Assembly (NCBI GenBank): GCA_024137785.1
Contig: JAHRHZ010000078.1
Coordinates: 15,956,936-16,020,935, forward strand
DNA from: Ginglymostoma cirratum
Lineage: Eukaryota
Length of the DNA stretch: 64,000 bases
Direction: 5' to 3'
The position numbers and the translations under genes were made by a program. Numbering within the stretch: the first letter of the stretch is position 1; every line of letters begins with the position of its first letter. The notes below the pieces were generated by a model that was given only the letters and a program-made list of their open reading frames with translations, made no database searches and was not told the DNA's origin. Shown here piece after piece: positions 41,230 through 53,767 of this stretch.

Positions 41230-41797
41230 TCATAGTGTTATAGAGTCTTTCACATCAAGGAAGGAGGCCCTTTGGTCCATCATGTCCATGCCAGTCATCA
41301 AACAATCATCTATTTTAATCCCACTTTCCAGTACTTGGATCATAACCTTGAATGCTATGGAAATTCAAGCATTCATCTAAATATTCTTAAATATCTTGAG
41401 GGTACCTGCCTCGAACATGCTTTTAGGCAGTGACTTCCAGACAGCTTCAACTCTCTGGGTGAAAAACTTCATTTTCAAACGCCCTCTAAACCTCCAGCTC
41501 TCAATGCTAAAACTTTGCTCCTGGATTATTGAACTCTCTACTAAGGGGAAATGTTTCTCCCTATCTACCCTGTCTATGCCACTCAAAACTTGTAGACCTC
41601 AAGTAGATCCATCATTAGCTTTCTCTGCTTTAAGGAAAGCAAGCCCAGCCTCTCTAGACTGTCTTCATGGCTGAATTGGTGTAGCCCAGGCAAGCTCCTG
41701 GTGAATCTCCTCTGCACCCACTTTAGTGGAGTCCCATTCTTCCTGTAGTGTGGTGACCAAAATTGCACAGTACTCCAGCTGTGGTCTAACTAACGTT
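41230..41797 (-). mobile_element. CR1 LINE 3' end
   Basis: Minus ORFs QFWSPHYRKNGTPLKWVQRRFTRSLPGL and GIDRVDREKHFPLV..FFTQRVEAVWKSLP. Confidence 0.88.
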
Positions 41798-43330
41798 AAA
41801 GTCAAAGTTACATTACGTTAAAGTGGATCAGAATCCTTACTCACTGCTTCCCTTTCCCATGGAAATCTATGTAACAGTTTGGTCCTAAATCTCAAACATG
41901 GATGGGAGAAATCTTTTCTGTTCTATGCCTCTGGGTTTGAAAGCTTGCTTCATTACCAGAACTATGGCCTGCAGTGAAATGTTCCTTTCAACAAGGAAAG
42001 AAGAGAAAGACCAAGCTTCCTTTATCCCTTTGTAGTGTAACCCCAACTGATTGTATTCAGGCTGGAGCTGGCATCAGCCAGATCCCTAAGAATGATGGGG
42101 ATGACTAACTAGAAAAAACATTCTATATTTTCCAATCAATGTTTTGAGATCACCCTCAAATCTATAAATATCATGTTTGTAGACACCCACCAACAGATCA
42201 ACCCACTGTTCAAATGTTGAGTAGCTTACATTAATCATCAGGTGAGTTGAGAAAAAAACATGGTCCACTTTGAAATGAGCAACTTCTTACCTATCGGAAG
42301 GCTTTGGAGAGATACACCCAGCCGATCATTTATTTTCCAAACAGCAGCATGAAAACATTGAATAAGAAATGAGACTGCGGATTCGCAGCTTTATCTTTTA
42401 GAGATAGCTACAATAAGTTGCCCAAGCACCATCACATGACTACAGGGTTTTGGTTCAAATTAAATTCCAGATTTACTTAAATATACCCCTGGCTTCTTCA
42501 GAAGGGCTGCATGGGGCACTCGTTTGAAAGCTTGTAAAATAATAAAAAGCAATGTAAGTGGGTTTTCCTTAGACTCATGTTGGCCAGTGATCTTGCATGA
42601 AACGACAAATTTCAACAAAAGCAGTGTCTAGCCTATTAGTTTCTAATACCTCTGCACGACGCATAATCCTCTCATCTCAGAGAAAGCTTTATGAATGCCT
42701 ATTTCAGCTGGTTATAAAGGATAGAAACTTGTGTTTTTCGTAGTATCAATCAAAATATACATGTCATATTCATAAATAAAGTGAATGACAGCGTGTACCC
42801 AAGGAAAAGAAATATTTACCAGCAGTTCTTCTCCAACAACTGACATTGGCAATTGAAAAATGTAATTGAGTGGAATATAATATTCTGTCACTTCTGAGGC
42901 CTGGGTTGTTGTTTCACATCGTCATATGTAGGCTGACAGTGAGAGATTGTGGTCTCCATTTCATTATTTGAAGGGATTATTTTTCAAACGTTGACTCCTC
43001 TTCAGTCCCGTGCTCTTGACCTTTGGCCTCACATTGCAGGATTGGGTGGTTGGAGGAGTGAGGTTTGGCAAATTAGTTCTGGTGCACAAGTTACAGAATT
43101 CCTCACAGGTTAATTCTTAGACTAGGCCATATATATCATCCACAAATCCAGTTAGGGTGAGGCCTACGTCACGTTCACACTCTTTCTTTCTGTCTGTAGC
43201 TCTATTATTTAAGTTTAGAACTTTCTTTTGTTCAGTATAACACAGACAAATTTTATATCTTTTCAAAACTGTCCATGATCTAAGTGTTTTAATAGTGTGG
43301 ACATTTTCTTATCCTCCTTGTGGTTGCCCG

Positions 43331-43616
43331 AAGAGAAATTACACATCTTTAACGTAGAAAGATTTTTAAGAAGTATTGCAGAGAAATGGAGCAGACTGTA
43401 TTATAAGTGTGACTGGGACGCTTGAGATGAAGATCATTGAAGGGTCTGATCAGTAGATAGCTTTCGAAACCTTTGAAGGTGGAGGACAGTGAAACGAAGT
43501 GGTGAGGTGTCAGGTTTGGATTTCAATGTTTCTCTAAGTTGAGAGAATAAAATGTCACTCAAGACTGATTTGACTACGGAACCACATAAATGATTTCGAT
43601 AACTTTCCTGATAAAA
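43331..43616 (+). repeat. 286-bp direct repeat, copy 1
   Basis: Collinear with 45935-46220, e.g. identical gaaacctttgaaggtggaggacagtgaaac and gagaataaaatgtcactcaaga. Confidence 0.9.
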
Positions 43617-44114
43617 TCAAAAATTCCACTGGCAAATTTTTCTTTGAGTTTTAAATAAAGATGTTTACCTATCCTAACATTTGCTTCAGAGGTTTAAGAA
43701 TACAATGTCTTACTAACTTGATTCGGACACACTAAAATTCACACAAAAATTTAGAAAAAGATACAATTCCAACTTTGTCTGTTTTGCAATTGGCCTGTTG
43801 CTTCTTAGATGTGTTGATGCTTTAGCTTGAGTGATGATCTTGTAACATCAGAGTATTCACAGTAATGTAAGGCTTCTTGTACCTGAGTTTGGTTCTCATG
43901 TGAACTTGAAGCTGAAGCAAGCTAGGGGAAGAGTCCTCCTACATTTAATGCATTGTGATTTATTACCTCTACTCCTTAGATGATTATATCTGTTTCAACA
44001 ACTTTCTGAATGTCTCTCTGTCCACAGAGCTACTTCCTTTCTAATTTTTATTTGTCATTTTGTTTTATTTACACTGTTTTTTTATTTATTAAAAAGTGAC
44101 AAACATAGCTGTTA

Positions 44115-45085
44115 GACCATAAGGCCACAAGGCATAGGAGCAGAAGTAGACTATTCAACTCATTTGACCTGGTTCACTGTTAAATGACATAATGGCTGAT
44201 TTGATTGTCCTCAACTCTACCTTTCAGACTTTTCCCCATAACATTTGATTCTCTAACTTATTATGATATGGACTAGACCAAACCTGCTCAAAATATTTTG
44301 AGAAGGTAGTCTAGACCCTCACTTTTTCTTATTTTAAAGGCAGGTATGAAGTGTTGTGTTCCAGATGCAATTTGACTGGCTAAGCTACTTGATATTAAGC
44401 AAAACACAATTTATAGTTAAAATACAACAAAAGAAAGAAGAACTTAGAATAAGTTAACTCTACTGGAAAACTTAACAGAATAATAGATACAGGAACAATT
44501 ACTAATTAACTGTTCCAATATAGTCACATCCCATGAACACACCCTTTGCCAAAGAAGGGGATTTCAGGAAACAGATTTTGTCTCATATGCAATGCAGGAG
44601 CCTAGGAAGATAACCTCCAGCTTTGGGCTATAATTGAGAGAGGGAAAAATAGCTTCCGCTTTTTCAAGACCATGACAGCAACTGCTGAAAGCTAACTAAA
44701 AATCCTTGACCACACCCACTCAGTCTGCTTCTGATGTTCCAACTATCAATAAAACCCCAAGGCATCACAAGTTATTTATCTTTGCTCAGTACCTGTCTCC
44801 CAATGTCTTACTAAAAGAAACCAAGACAAAACACACCTCTTAAAGTCACAACATTGTCACAATTAACAATCTGTCTACGTCAGCCTTGAATTTACCTAAG
44901 AACCCAAACTCTACATCCTTCGGCAGTAAAGAGTCCCACAGATTCACTACCTTCTGAAAGAAGAAATTCCTTCTCATCTTGGCCTTAGGTGGGTGACTGT
45001 TTACATCTTCTGAATCTAGACTCTCCCACAAGGAGAAACAACCATTCCACATTTTCCCAGTCAAGTTCTCTAAGAATCAGAGTCT
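44115..45085 (-). mobile_element. CR1 3' end split by a solo LTR
   Basis: LDWENVEWLFLLVGESRF and KMRRNFFFQKVVNLWDSLLPK on minus (44865-45085). The tail continues at 44115-44263. Confidence 0.8.
44264..44861 (-). mobile_element. Solo LTR, family A, copy 2
   Basis: TG...CA termini (TGATATGG..TTGTCACA). 4-bp TSD ATTA at 44260-44263 and 44862-44865. Homologous to 7163-7801. Confidence 0.8.
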
Positions 45086-45934
45086 TTTTCCAAACAAGGT
45101 GACATATTATTTGACAAACATCTTGTGTTGGAGCATTACACGCTTTGAGAGTTTGAGACAGCAAAGCTTTTTCTGTTTGGATAAGAGGGCCATTACAATA
45201 CAACAAAAGGTGGATGACGTCTTTTTCACATCCATCTAAAGCAGACTGGGTGTCAATATCAATCCTATCAATGGTTAAACAGAAAGGTGGGTCAGCTGGT
45301 ACACTATAGTTGTTGATGACTATAGTTTTTTGTTGATGACCATCCTTAAATGGATACGTAAATTTCCTAGATGACTTACTTATTTGGGTATTTTCTTGAG
45401 TTTTGGGACCATCTTGAGCTAATATTGCTGAGTGCCACATAATTTGCTGTGACCATTTTAGCAGTCTGTTTTTGTTCAAAATTTAAAAGTATCATTTGAA
45501 AGTTCAGAATATATCAGAACACAACAAATTATTTAGTTTTTTATTACTTGTGCTCTTTACGAATGACACACTTATTTTGTGTGTATTTAACAATACTCCC
45601 TTATAATTTTATTTTCAAAAAAGGTAACTATACTTTCCTGTCACCTCTGACCTAATCCCCATCACTAATGCTCAACAATGGATAGTGTATCCTGCCATTT
45701 GATCTGAAAGGGAGCATGAACACAGTGTGCTGTACTAAACTGAAGCGTAAATAATAGAATCATTAAAAAGGATACAAGAAAATATGTTTTACTAAGATAT
45801 AATGAAACAAAGTGTAGATTTTCTTTAAGAAAATATGCACAATATAAACACTTCAGTAGAATTTAACAAAAGGATGATCAGAACACATTGTGGTGAACTC
45901 AGCAACAATTCACATTCATTTAGAGACTATAGCC

Positions 45935-46220
45935 AAGAGAAATTATACCTCTTTAATGTAGAAAGATTTTTAAGATGTATTGCAGAGAAATGGAACAGAC
46001 CATATTATAAATATGACTGGGATGTTTGCGATGAAGATCATCAAAGGGTATGATCAGCAGATAACTTTTGAAACCTTTGAAGGTGGAGGACAGTGAAACA
46101 AAGTGGTGAGGGGTCAAGTTTGAATTTCAACATTTCTCTAAGTTAAGAGAATAAAATGTCACTCAAGAGTGATTTGACTACAGACCAACATTCATGATTT
46201 CTATAACTTGCCTGATAAAA
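45935..46220 (+). repeat. 286-bp direct repeat, copy 2
   Basis: See copy 1; same length, scattered substitutions. Confidence 0.9.
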
Positions 46221-47057
46221 GCAGTGCATCTGGAGGATAGGAAGGAAGTTTAGAAAGTAATAGGCAGAAAAAAAATTAATTGATAGAAAAAGCTCTGGCA
46301 ACATCAGTAGCTTGTTTAATACAACTTTTCTGTGTTTATTCTGTGTAGTTTTATCTATCATATCTGAAAATAAAACATATTAAATGGACTAAATAGCATT
46401 TAGCACAGCCTATTTTACTTAAAACTGTACCGGAAGGTTCAAAGGAAACATGCCTTGTGATTTCCTGTCCATGTATCTCTTTCATGTGTTCTTTGCCTGC
46501 ATTAATAAATCATATTAAATACCAATTAAACTGCAAGTTATCCAACAAAAATCAGGTGAACTCTCTGTCCTGTGCTGGAATGCAAACATTACTTGATACA
46601 GGCCTACAAGGCCCCAGAAATTCTCTAATAGGCCATCAGTCTCAAAAGCAGGTGTTTTCAATTTCAAATGGAAGCAGAGGGAGGCTGGTTAACCTTCGAT
46701 ATACCAAAGAGTTGAAACGATACTCCAAAGAGGTCTGGAATTTTGATTGTCATACTTTATCTCTGATTTATTTATGTTATGTAAGCTGCTGTGTATCCAG
46801 GCATAGTTACTGCTTTCTTCATTGATCTGTATTATTTACAGCATTTTAAGATCTCTCAGTAAGTAATATTTTCATTGAATCCATAAATGACCAAGGTACC
46901 AATGATTACTTGGACATGATAAGATGTTGTTTTTAAGCTCTGGGGGAGATTAAGTTGCAGAAGTTTCAATGCCTAGTGCATTATTGATAATTTTGTAATC
47001 TGTAAAGTTAAGATGTTTGGTAATGCAACATTTTCTCATTGATATTAAATGTATATA

Positions 47058-47081
47058 TGTGTGTGTGTGTGTGTGTGTGTG
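47058..47081. repeat. (TG)n microsatellite
   Basis: About 12 TG units seen directly. Confidence 0.9.
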
Positions 47082-47154
47082 GAGTGAAAACATTCTTCAT
47101 TTAAGTGAAATGCTTGTTAATGACACTTTAAAAAAATCAGAAGATAAAGTTATC

Positions 47155-47577
47155 TACAGAAAGGATATTATTAAATTGGAGAGAATGCAGAAATGATTTA
47201 CTAGAATGTTACCGGGGCTGGAGGGTTTGAGTTATAAGGAGAGGCTGGATAGGACCGGAGCGTAGGAGGTTGAGGGGTGACTTTACAGAGGGCATAATTT
47301 TAAGTGTGAGGAGAAAGATTTGAAAGGGACCTGAGGGGCAACCTTTTCATACACAGGGCGGTTTGCATGTGGAATGAGCTGCCAGAAGAGGTGGTAGATG
47401 CAGGTACAGTTATAACATTTAAAAGACGTTTGGACAGGTACATGAATAGGAAAAGTTTAGAGGCATATGGGCCAAATGCAGGCAAATGGGACTGATTTAG
47501 TTTGGGACATTTGGTTGGCATGGACAAGTTGAACCAAAGGGTCTATTTCTGTGTTGTATGACACTATGATTCTATAA
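47155..47577 (+). mobile_element. CR1 LINE 3' end
   Basis: RKDIIKLERMQK*FTRMLPGLEGLSYKERLDR, FTQGxVCMWNELPEEVV-like segment, and tail ctatgattcta. Confidence 0.85.
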
Positions 47578-47777
47578 GTCCCATATTAGATATATATATT
47601 ATATATGGGTTGTATGTGGTTTATCATATTATGCTTTCTCATAAATCAATTCACTGATGGAAAGCTCCATCAAGTACAACTAAACAAAACTGAAGTTACA
47701 ACACAAGGCGAGGGTGTAGCGTATAAATAATTTTTCACATGTTAGGACAGTGTGCAGGAAGTTTTAAACATAGGATA

Positions 47778-48478
47778 ATACAAAAAACTGTGGATGCTGG
47801 AGATCTAAAATAAAACCTGAAATTATTGGAGAAACTCAACAGGTCTGGCAGTATCTGCAGAGAGAAAGCAGAATCAACATTTCAGGTCCGGTGACCCTTC
47901 TTCAGAACTGACAGCAGTTCAGAAAAAGTGGTATTATGATGAAGATGGGATTGGGAGAGGGCAGGGAGGAGAAGTGAGTAGATGGGTGGACACAGATCCC
48001 AGAGATAAAGAGAGAGATATGTAAGGAGTAGGCAGACAAGGGATTATTGGCATTAAGCTGGGACAGAAGAGAAGTGGAATACATTTCTACACCGTCCACC
48101 CACCCCACCCCAAACCAATACCCCAGTCCTGTCATGACATGAGTTGCTTTCAGTGCAGCTTACTTATTCACTCTTACTCTCAGTGCTCGTTAACATTTAT
48201 TCAGCTTCTCTTCCATCCTGGCCTGCTATTAACTATCTCCTTGTCTGTCTACCCCTTTCATTCATCTCTCTGTCTGGACACCATTCACACACATCCACTC
48301 AACTCCACCTACCCCCAATGCCCCCAACCCCATCTTCACCATAAATATCACTTTTTCCAGCTGCTATCAGTTCTAACGAAGAGCAACTGGGCTCGAAGCG
48401 TTAATTCTGCTTTCTACACACAGATTCTGCCAGACCGGTTGAATTTCTCCAGTAATTTCAGTATTCATAGATTTGTTT
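47778..48478. mobile_element. Inverted pair of Penelope-derived pLTRs
   Basis: ~47800-48090 is the diverged reverse complement of ~48190-48470. Hammerhead-like core on minus at 47877-47905 (CTGAAGAAGGGTCACCGGACCTGAAATGT) and a decayed one on plus at ~48373. Confidence 0.7.
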
Positions 48479-49410
48479 TCATAGACTCATAAATGTTTAT
48501 GGCACAGAAATAAGCCATTTTGGCCCATTGTGTCCATGTCAGGCAACAAAGTTCCCCATTTCTGAAGAAGGGTCCTAACCTGAAACGTCAACTTTCCTGC
48601 TCCTCTGATACTGCCTGGCCTGCTGTGTTCCTCCAGATCCATACTGTGTTATCTCTAACTCCAGCATCGGCAGTTCTTACTATCTCTGACTACACTAGTC
48701 CCAGTTTCCACCTCTTGATCCATTGTACTGGAGGTTATGGCAATGCAAGTGAATAAATAAATACTGCTTAAATTTTTAATGTGAGTTTCTGACTTAACCA
48801 CTCTTTTAGGCAATGACTTCCAGATTCCCACCACCCCTTGGTGAAATTATTTCTCCTCTTCTCTCCTCTTATGCTTCTACATCTTACATTAATTTTATAC
48901 CCTCTAGTAATTCTCCCTTCTGCCAATGGAAGAAAGTGCCTTCCTTTTCAATCTACTGATGTCCCGCATAGTCTTATTTACCTCTATCAGGTTTTCTCTT
49001 ATTGTTTGCTATTCCATAGAAAAGAATCCTAGCATATCCAATCTTTGCTAATGGCTCAGACCCTCCAGCCCAGGAAGCATGCTGGCTAATCTCTTCTTCA
49101 CCCTCTCTGGTGTAATCACATCTTTCTAATAATATGGTGACCAGATCCAACTCCAGTTATGACCTCTCCAGTGTCTTCTGCTCTTGTATTCCATACCTTG
49201 GCTAATAAAGACAAGTACCCCATATACCTTCATAACCATCTTATCAAGCTGCTTTGCAACTTCAGGCATCTGTGGATATGCATACCATGGTCCCTCTTGT
49301 TTTCAATACTTTCCAAGGTCTTACCATCCACTGTTTAATCCCTGCCTTGTTAATCAGATAAGTACATTAACTTGAACTTTTCTGATTTGGATTCCATTTT
49401 CCATTTGCCA
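48479..49410 (-). mobile_element. Decayed CR1 3' region interrupted by a Penelope pLTR
   Basis: Same architecture as 41230-41797 (gacttccagattcccaccacc..gtgaaattatttctcctc; ccagcccagg..ctaatctcttcttcaccc). Confidence 0.7.
48553..48689 (+). mobile_element. Penelope pLTR insertion with intact minimal hammerhead ribozyme core
   Basis: CTGAAGA (48562-48568), stem AGG/CCT (48569-71 / 48579-81), GAAAC-GTC (48582-48589). Confidence 0.8.
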
Positions 49411-51239
49411 TCCATGAACTTCTTTTTCATATTCCCTGTCTTGGAAAAATTTAATGTATGTAGTATATGGCTTTCAGGAGTGAATCTGGGAATTATTTTG
49501 TGCTTTGCTGTAAGTGTAGCAAATAAGATAATAAAATATTTGTTTTAGAAGTGCAATCTGGCTGCCATGGTAACATTGCAGAAACTTTCAAAGTTCATCA
49601 CGTCTCAGTGTGGCATGAGGCTTCGGCCCTGCATCAGGTTACTTTCTATTCATGGTTGTGCAATGGCAGATGTTAGTCTCTCTCCAATAGGGGAGATAAA
49701 TGAAGAAGAAACCCTTGATGACAAGTGACCATGATTGTCGTTGTGATGCCTGGTACTGGATTTTATACACTCCTGCAGGTTTATTTTCGGTTATGGAATA
49801 GTGATGGGAGCATATAAAATGAGGAGGGAACCTAGCCCACCTCCTCTCCCCACCCATGACCTTATTCCTAAAATATTGAGGGTAGGTGGGTGCCAAAATC
49901 AGTGGCCAGTTTTCATGTTTCAATAAATAATTAAGAGTCAAGTTGAGCGTGTTAAAAGCTCATTTGATCTCAACATTGTACGTCCCGTGTTGTAAAACAA
50001 TTGGCATAGTCAGCCAATGGGAACGTTCATTTTTTCAAACAAAAGCTATTAAACAGGGGAGAGAGGAAAGGGGAGGGGAGTGTGAAGTGTTTTTAGGGGG
50101 AACTCCCACCCAGAAGACAGTAAACCTTTCCTTTCTCCCCTCCTGGGGTTTAAAACCTAATTCTTTGAACCCTGTACCCCAGACTTTCCTGGCTCCAGGG
50201 TCCCATCAAGCCATTATCTTGGGACTGGTTGCAGTTCTGGCAGCAGTCACCACGTGGTGACTGGGACATGGGAGCTGCTGATGAATCAAATTGCATGGCA
50301 GCTCCTGAAGGTGCTACATCCTCTGATTGGGGGGGGAAAACGTCCAGCCCTGCATTAATTTAGCCACTTATAATGCGCAATGCCTGTAAGTCAGCCGTCT
50401 TCCAAGTCCATAAGTTGAATCCCCCACTTTCTTTTTTGTCGAGACAAGCAATCTGCTTCCCTAAAATTTTCTCTCTCATGAGGGTTAGTTCTTATTTTCC
50501 GAAGGTACAATTATTGATAATAACCATCAGGAATTCATATTCTCATTTGGACTTTTCTTTAATGGGGAAAATTTACTGTTACACCTGTCAACAATCCTTG
50601 GAGTTGTTACATTTGTATAAATAATGTAATGTCAGTGTTGTAACATTGATACCGTTAGAATGAAGAGTTTGTTTCCTATTTAAAGCACTACTGTTTTTGC
50701 ATCTGTCGAATCCGACTATTAGATATTCATTGATTCCAATGAACCAGTACATGCATTAGCATTACAATGAACAGTCATTCTCTAGGGAATTACATAACTT
50801 TATACCTCTGTTTAACTTTTCTGAAGCTCACTTACCTGCTCTGTGAATATTAAAATTCCTAAATGCCTTTGGGTAAATACCATATGGTAATATTTAGAAA
50901 CAAAACTTTATTGCCAATCTGAATTATTTTACCCCATATTTCAGTAACAGTTGTGCATTCAGCTTAGAACAGTATAAGTACACAGATTTTCATGTGTCCC
51001 TATAAGTTACACATAGTTCAGTATGCTCATTCCAGACATGTGCTAAGACCATCTGGTGCCTGAAAGGTTCAAATAATCAATTCCCCATGCTCTGATGAAG
51101 TGGCGATTGGATCAGGTTGTTGGCATACTTCTCAACAGCAGACGTATGATTTCAGCCTCAGGTGTAACCTGGATTTACTTTGTTCCAAAATTGGTGGCTG
51201 TGCTTTCAGCAGTTTGGGCCTTAAACCTTGAAATTCCCT

Positions 51240-51408
51240 TTGTGAACCTTGCGCTATGTCAGGTCCTTTAAAACCTACTTTTCTCAACCTTTAGTCACCT
51301 GTCCTAGTGCCTCCTTGCAGTTCAGCATTACATATTGTCTGATAGCCATGAAGTATTTTGTGACACATCTGACTACTTTAAAAGTGCTATATAAATACAG
51401 ATTGTTGT
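51240..51408 (+). mobile_element. L2-like 3' tail
   Basis: ccttaaaacctac-like segment ..gtgctatataaatacagattgttgt, a typical L2 tail. Confidence 0.5.
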
Positions 51409-52689
51409 ATACAAGACTTAGTAGGTTGTTCAGGGTGGTTTCCTTGATCATTTTGCTCCATCTTGAATAGTCTTGCTTTCTGTTCCTTGAAGAGTCTTAA
51501 TTGCTAATTCCAACAGCCAATTTGTTCCCTGTTTTAAACACCTCTTGTTTTCCCTAATTGGTTCCATTTGCTGTTATTGCTTTTCCCACATTTAGCACCT
51601 GATATTAACAACAGAGTGGTGGGAAGAAGTCTAAATGCTTAAAAATGCAAATAAAAGACCATAACTTGAAATGTGGATTTCTGGCAACATTCTTTCTCTG
51701 GTGTTTAGCACGTGGTATGACTGTTTTGTCAGGGAGAGGCAGTGTACTTCATTAACATATGCAAATCTGGTTCTTAAAGCACAACGAGGAGGCTGATTTA
51801 AAATTAACTCATGCAATCAGGTTTATTGAGGCATCGGAAATACAGAAGTGGAATAGGGAGTTAAGCTGTCAGGTCCAGAGGGTACGTTATTCTTTCTTCA
51901 GCACATCCAGTGGTCCAGGAGGAGCTAGAGCTTCTAAACACCTCTTATAACTCTGCTACAAGATTATTGACATTTCTTTGTTATTCATTTGACATGACAT
52001 GATTATTGACATGTTTCTCTACATCCTTTGATGCTCCTCTAATTTGATAGGGATTTTGTTCTACCTTCTCCATTGTTCGATACAAAATTTTAAACAGGAA
52101 TAGGCCACTTGGCATGTTGGGTCTGCTCCCAAATTCAATGAAATCATGTTTAGTTTGATTACTCCAAATTTGCTGCTCAAAGCACTGACTCTCAAAGGTT
52201 CAACACTCACTTAAGAATGCTCAGGCATCTTGGAGCAATTGAGTAGTGTATGCACACTCTGAAACATTGAAGACTCATTGATGCAGAATGGGTCAAAAGG
52301 AGATTCCTCAGGATTCTTTTCAACCATCTGACTATCACGAGAGACTTCACTGTGCAAGATTCAGATATCAAATGCTAAATGAAGCCTAAAGAGCTGTCTA
52401 ACTTTAGTGCTGTGATATGAATGCCCTGTCTCATTGACTATTGCTTTTTCCCTAAATACCTGTAGGATCTACAATGTGTAGATGCTTGAAAATGAGATTA
52501 GCCAAAGATATCAAATGTATAATCAGATGGATAATGAGACATTTATTCAGCAAAAGAAAGGGTCAAAGATTTCAAAATAATAACGTCCCAAAGTCCTGTG
52601 CACCAAGTCGAGGCTGCTTGCCAGATTACCAACAGAATCTTAAACAATTAAATGAAGCCCAAAACCAGCCCATTCATCCTGGCAGTAGG

Positions 52690-53200
52690 TTCCTATGAAG
52701 TTATCTCTGGAAGTTTGCTCTTGACAATGTATTGCTTTGTCATGTTCTTTTGGATGGCCTTCTCCATCAATGTCCTGATCTTCATCCTCAGGAGATTGCA
52801 GTTGATCGCCCACTATTTCTGCATCCAGGACATCACTCCCACGCCCCAGTCTTTGCCAGTTCCACTTCTAAAGGCACAGCATCACAAAATGTTGCGGTGC
52901 ACCCTATACTGTAAATCTCTGCCAGAATCGTCTAGACACCAAAACCTCCTCTGAATGAAGCCTTTTTGCTGTCTATTGTGGCCTTTCTGAAAGTGTCAGC
53001 AATGTTGAATCTTATCTGTGTCTGTCGGAGTGTTTCACAAAGATCTCATCAGCTGTGCTTAGCAAAGGCACTCCTTGGTTTCCTGGTAGCCATCTTTGCT
53101 GAGGAACTGGAAGGAGAGAGAAATCTGTGTGTTCTCTCGTACGTAAGAGTCATGGCAGCTCCTGGGATATCTAGTACAGACCTCCAAGATTTGAGATCAA
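52690..53200 (-). pseudogene. PIF/Harbinger (HARBI1-like) DDE transposase C-terminal relic
   Basis: Minus-strand translation across frameshifts: QILEVCTRYPRSCHDSYV (cf. ARYPGSxHD), WLPGNQG (cf. LLGDxGY), IRFNIADTFRKATID (cf. YNxAHxxTRxxIE), RRFWCLDDSGRDLQY (cf. RFRCLDxSGGxLQY), CCAF, then an acidic tail. Minus-strand AATAAA at 52542-52547. Confidence 0.75.
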
Positions 53201-53206
53201 GTGGCT

Positions 53207-53500
53207 TAATATTTACAGTTGATAACGCCCCCGAACTGTTCCAATAAGTCCATTCCTATTATTAATTCTCCTGCTGTCCAGCAGTACCAAATCTGTGTTC
53301 TACTACAATATCCCCAATCTGTACAGTAATAGGTGCTGTTCTATGCGATCGTGTGCTACTGACTACTCCTGATAAGTTACTGGTCTTTCCGGTAAGCGGG
53401 AATCCTGGTATGTCGGTCACTGATACAGCTGCACCTGTATCTAGGAGCATATTGCACTGCCTGCCCCCTAACAGCACACTCACATAGACTCAGTGGTCAT
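53207..53500 (-). pseudogene. Retroviral aspartic protease (pro), frameshifted
   Basis: VYVSVLLGGRQCNMLLDTGAAVSVT (DTGA at 53430-53441), LSGV flap-like segment, and IIGMDLL after a frameshift. Confidence 0.88.
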
Positions 53501-53767
53501 CAGGACTGGGTCTGAGGGCCGACACTCCTCATTGGAGTTGCACCAGTCACTGTAGCTCTTTGGCAGTCATTTGTATGACCATCCCTGACTGGTTGTCCGG
53601 TCAAGGGTTTGGGCTCATTTGGTTTTGTCCTGTCTTTTATTATTTTGGCCCTTGCCCCTTGCTTCCTCCTCCTTTTGCCCAACATTGTTGTTTCCTATGG
53701 CCTTTCTTACCACAGTTACCACACCCCCCCGTAGCATTATCTTTCAGGTCTGTTCCTGCCAGTGTTA

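Noticed and set aside
7163-44861. One giant LTR element capturing the HS3ST3 exon
   Set aside because: Each LTR has its own different TSD.
44985-45479. 164-aa minus-strand ORF
   Set aside because: Non-ATG start, the C-terminal ~35 aa are CR1 ORF2, and the rest has no domain I recognise. Probably a chance ORF; BLASTP would settle it.
43331-46220. Direct repeats as LTRs of a retroelement
   Set aside because: No TG..CA ends, PBS, PPT or internal gag/pol.
49870-50470. GC-richer block resembling an old non-autonomous DNA transposon (similar blocks at ~9810-10010 and ~11590-11960)
   Set aside because: Could not define TIRs, TSDs or a family from sequence alone.
52461-52690. 3' LTR of the ERV (starts TGTAGGA)
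   Set aside because: No similarity to 55472-55740 beyond a few bases; Harbinger sequence intervenes.
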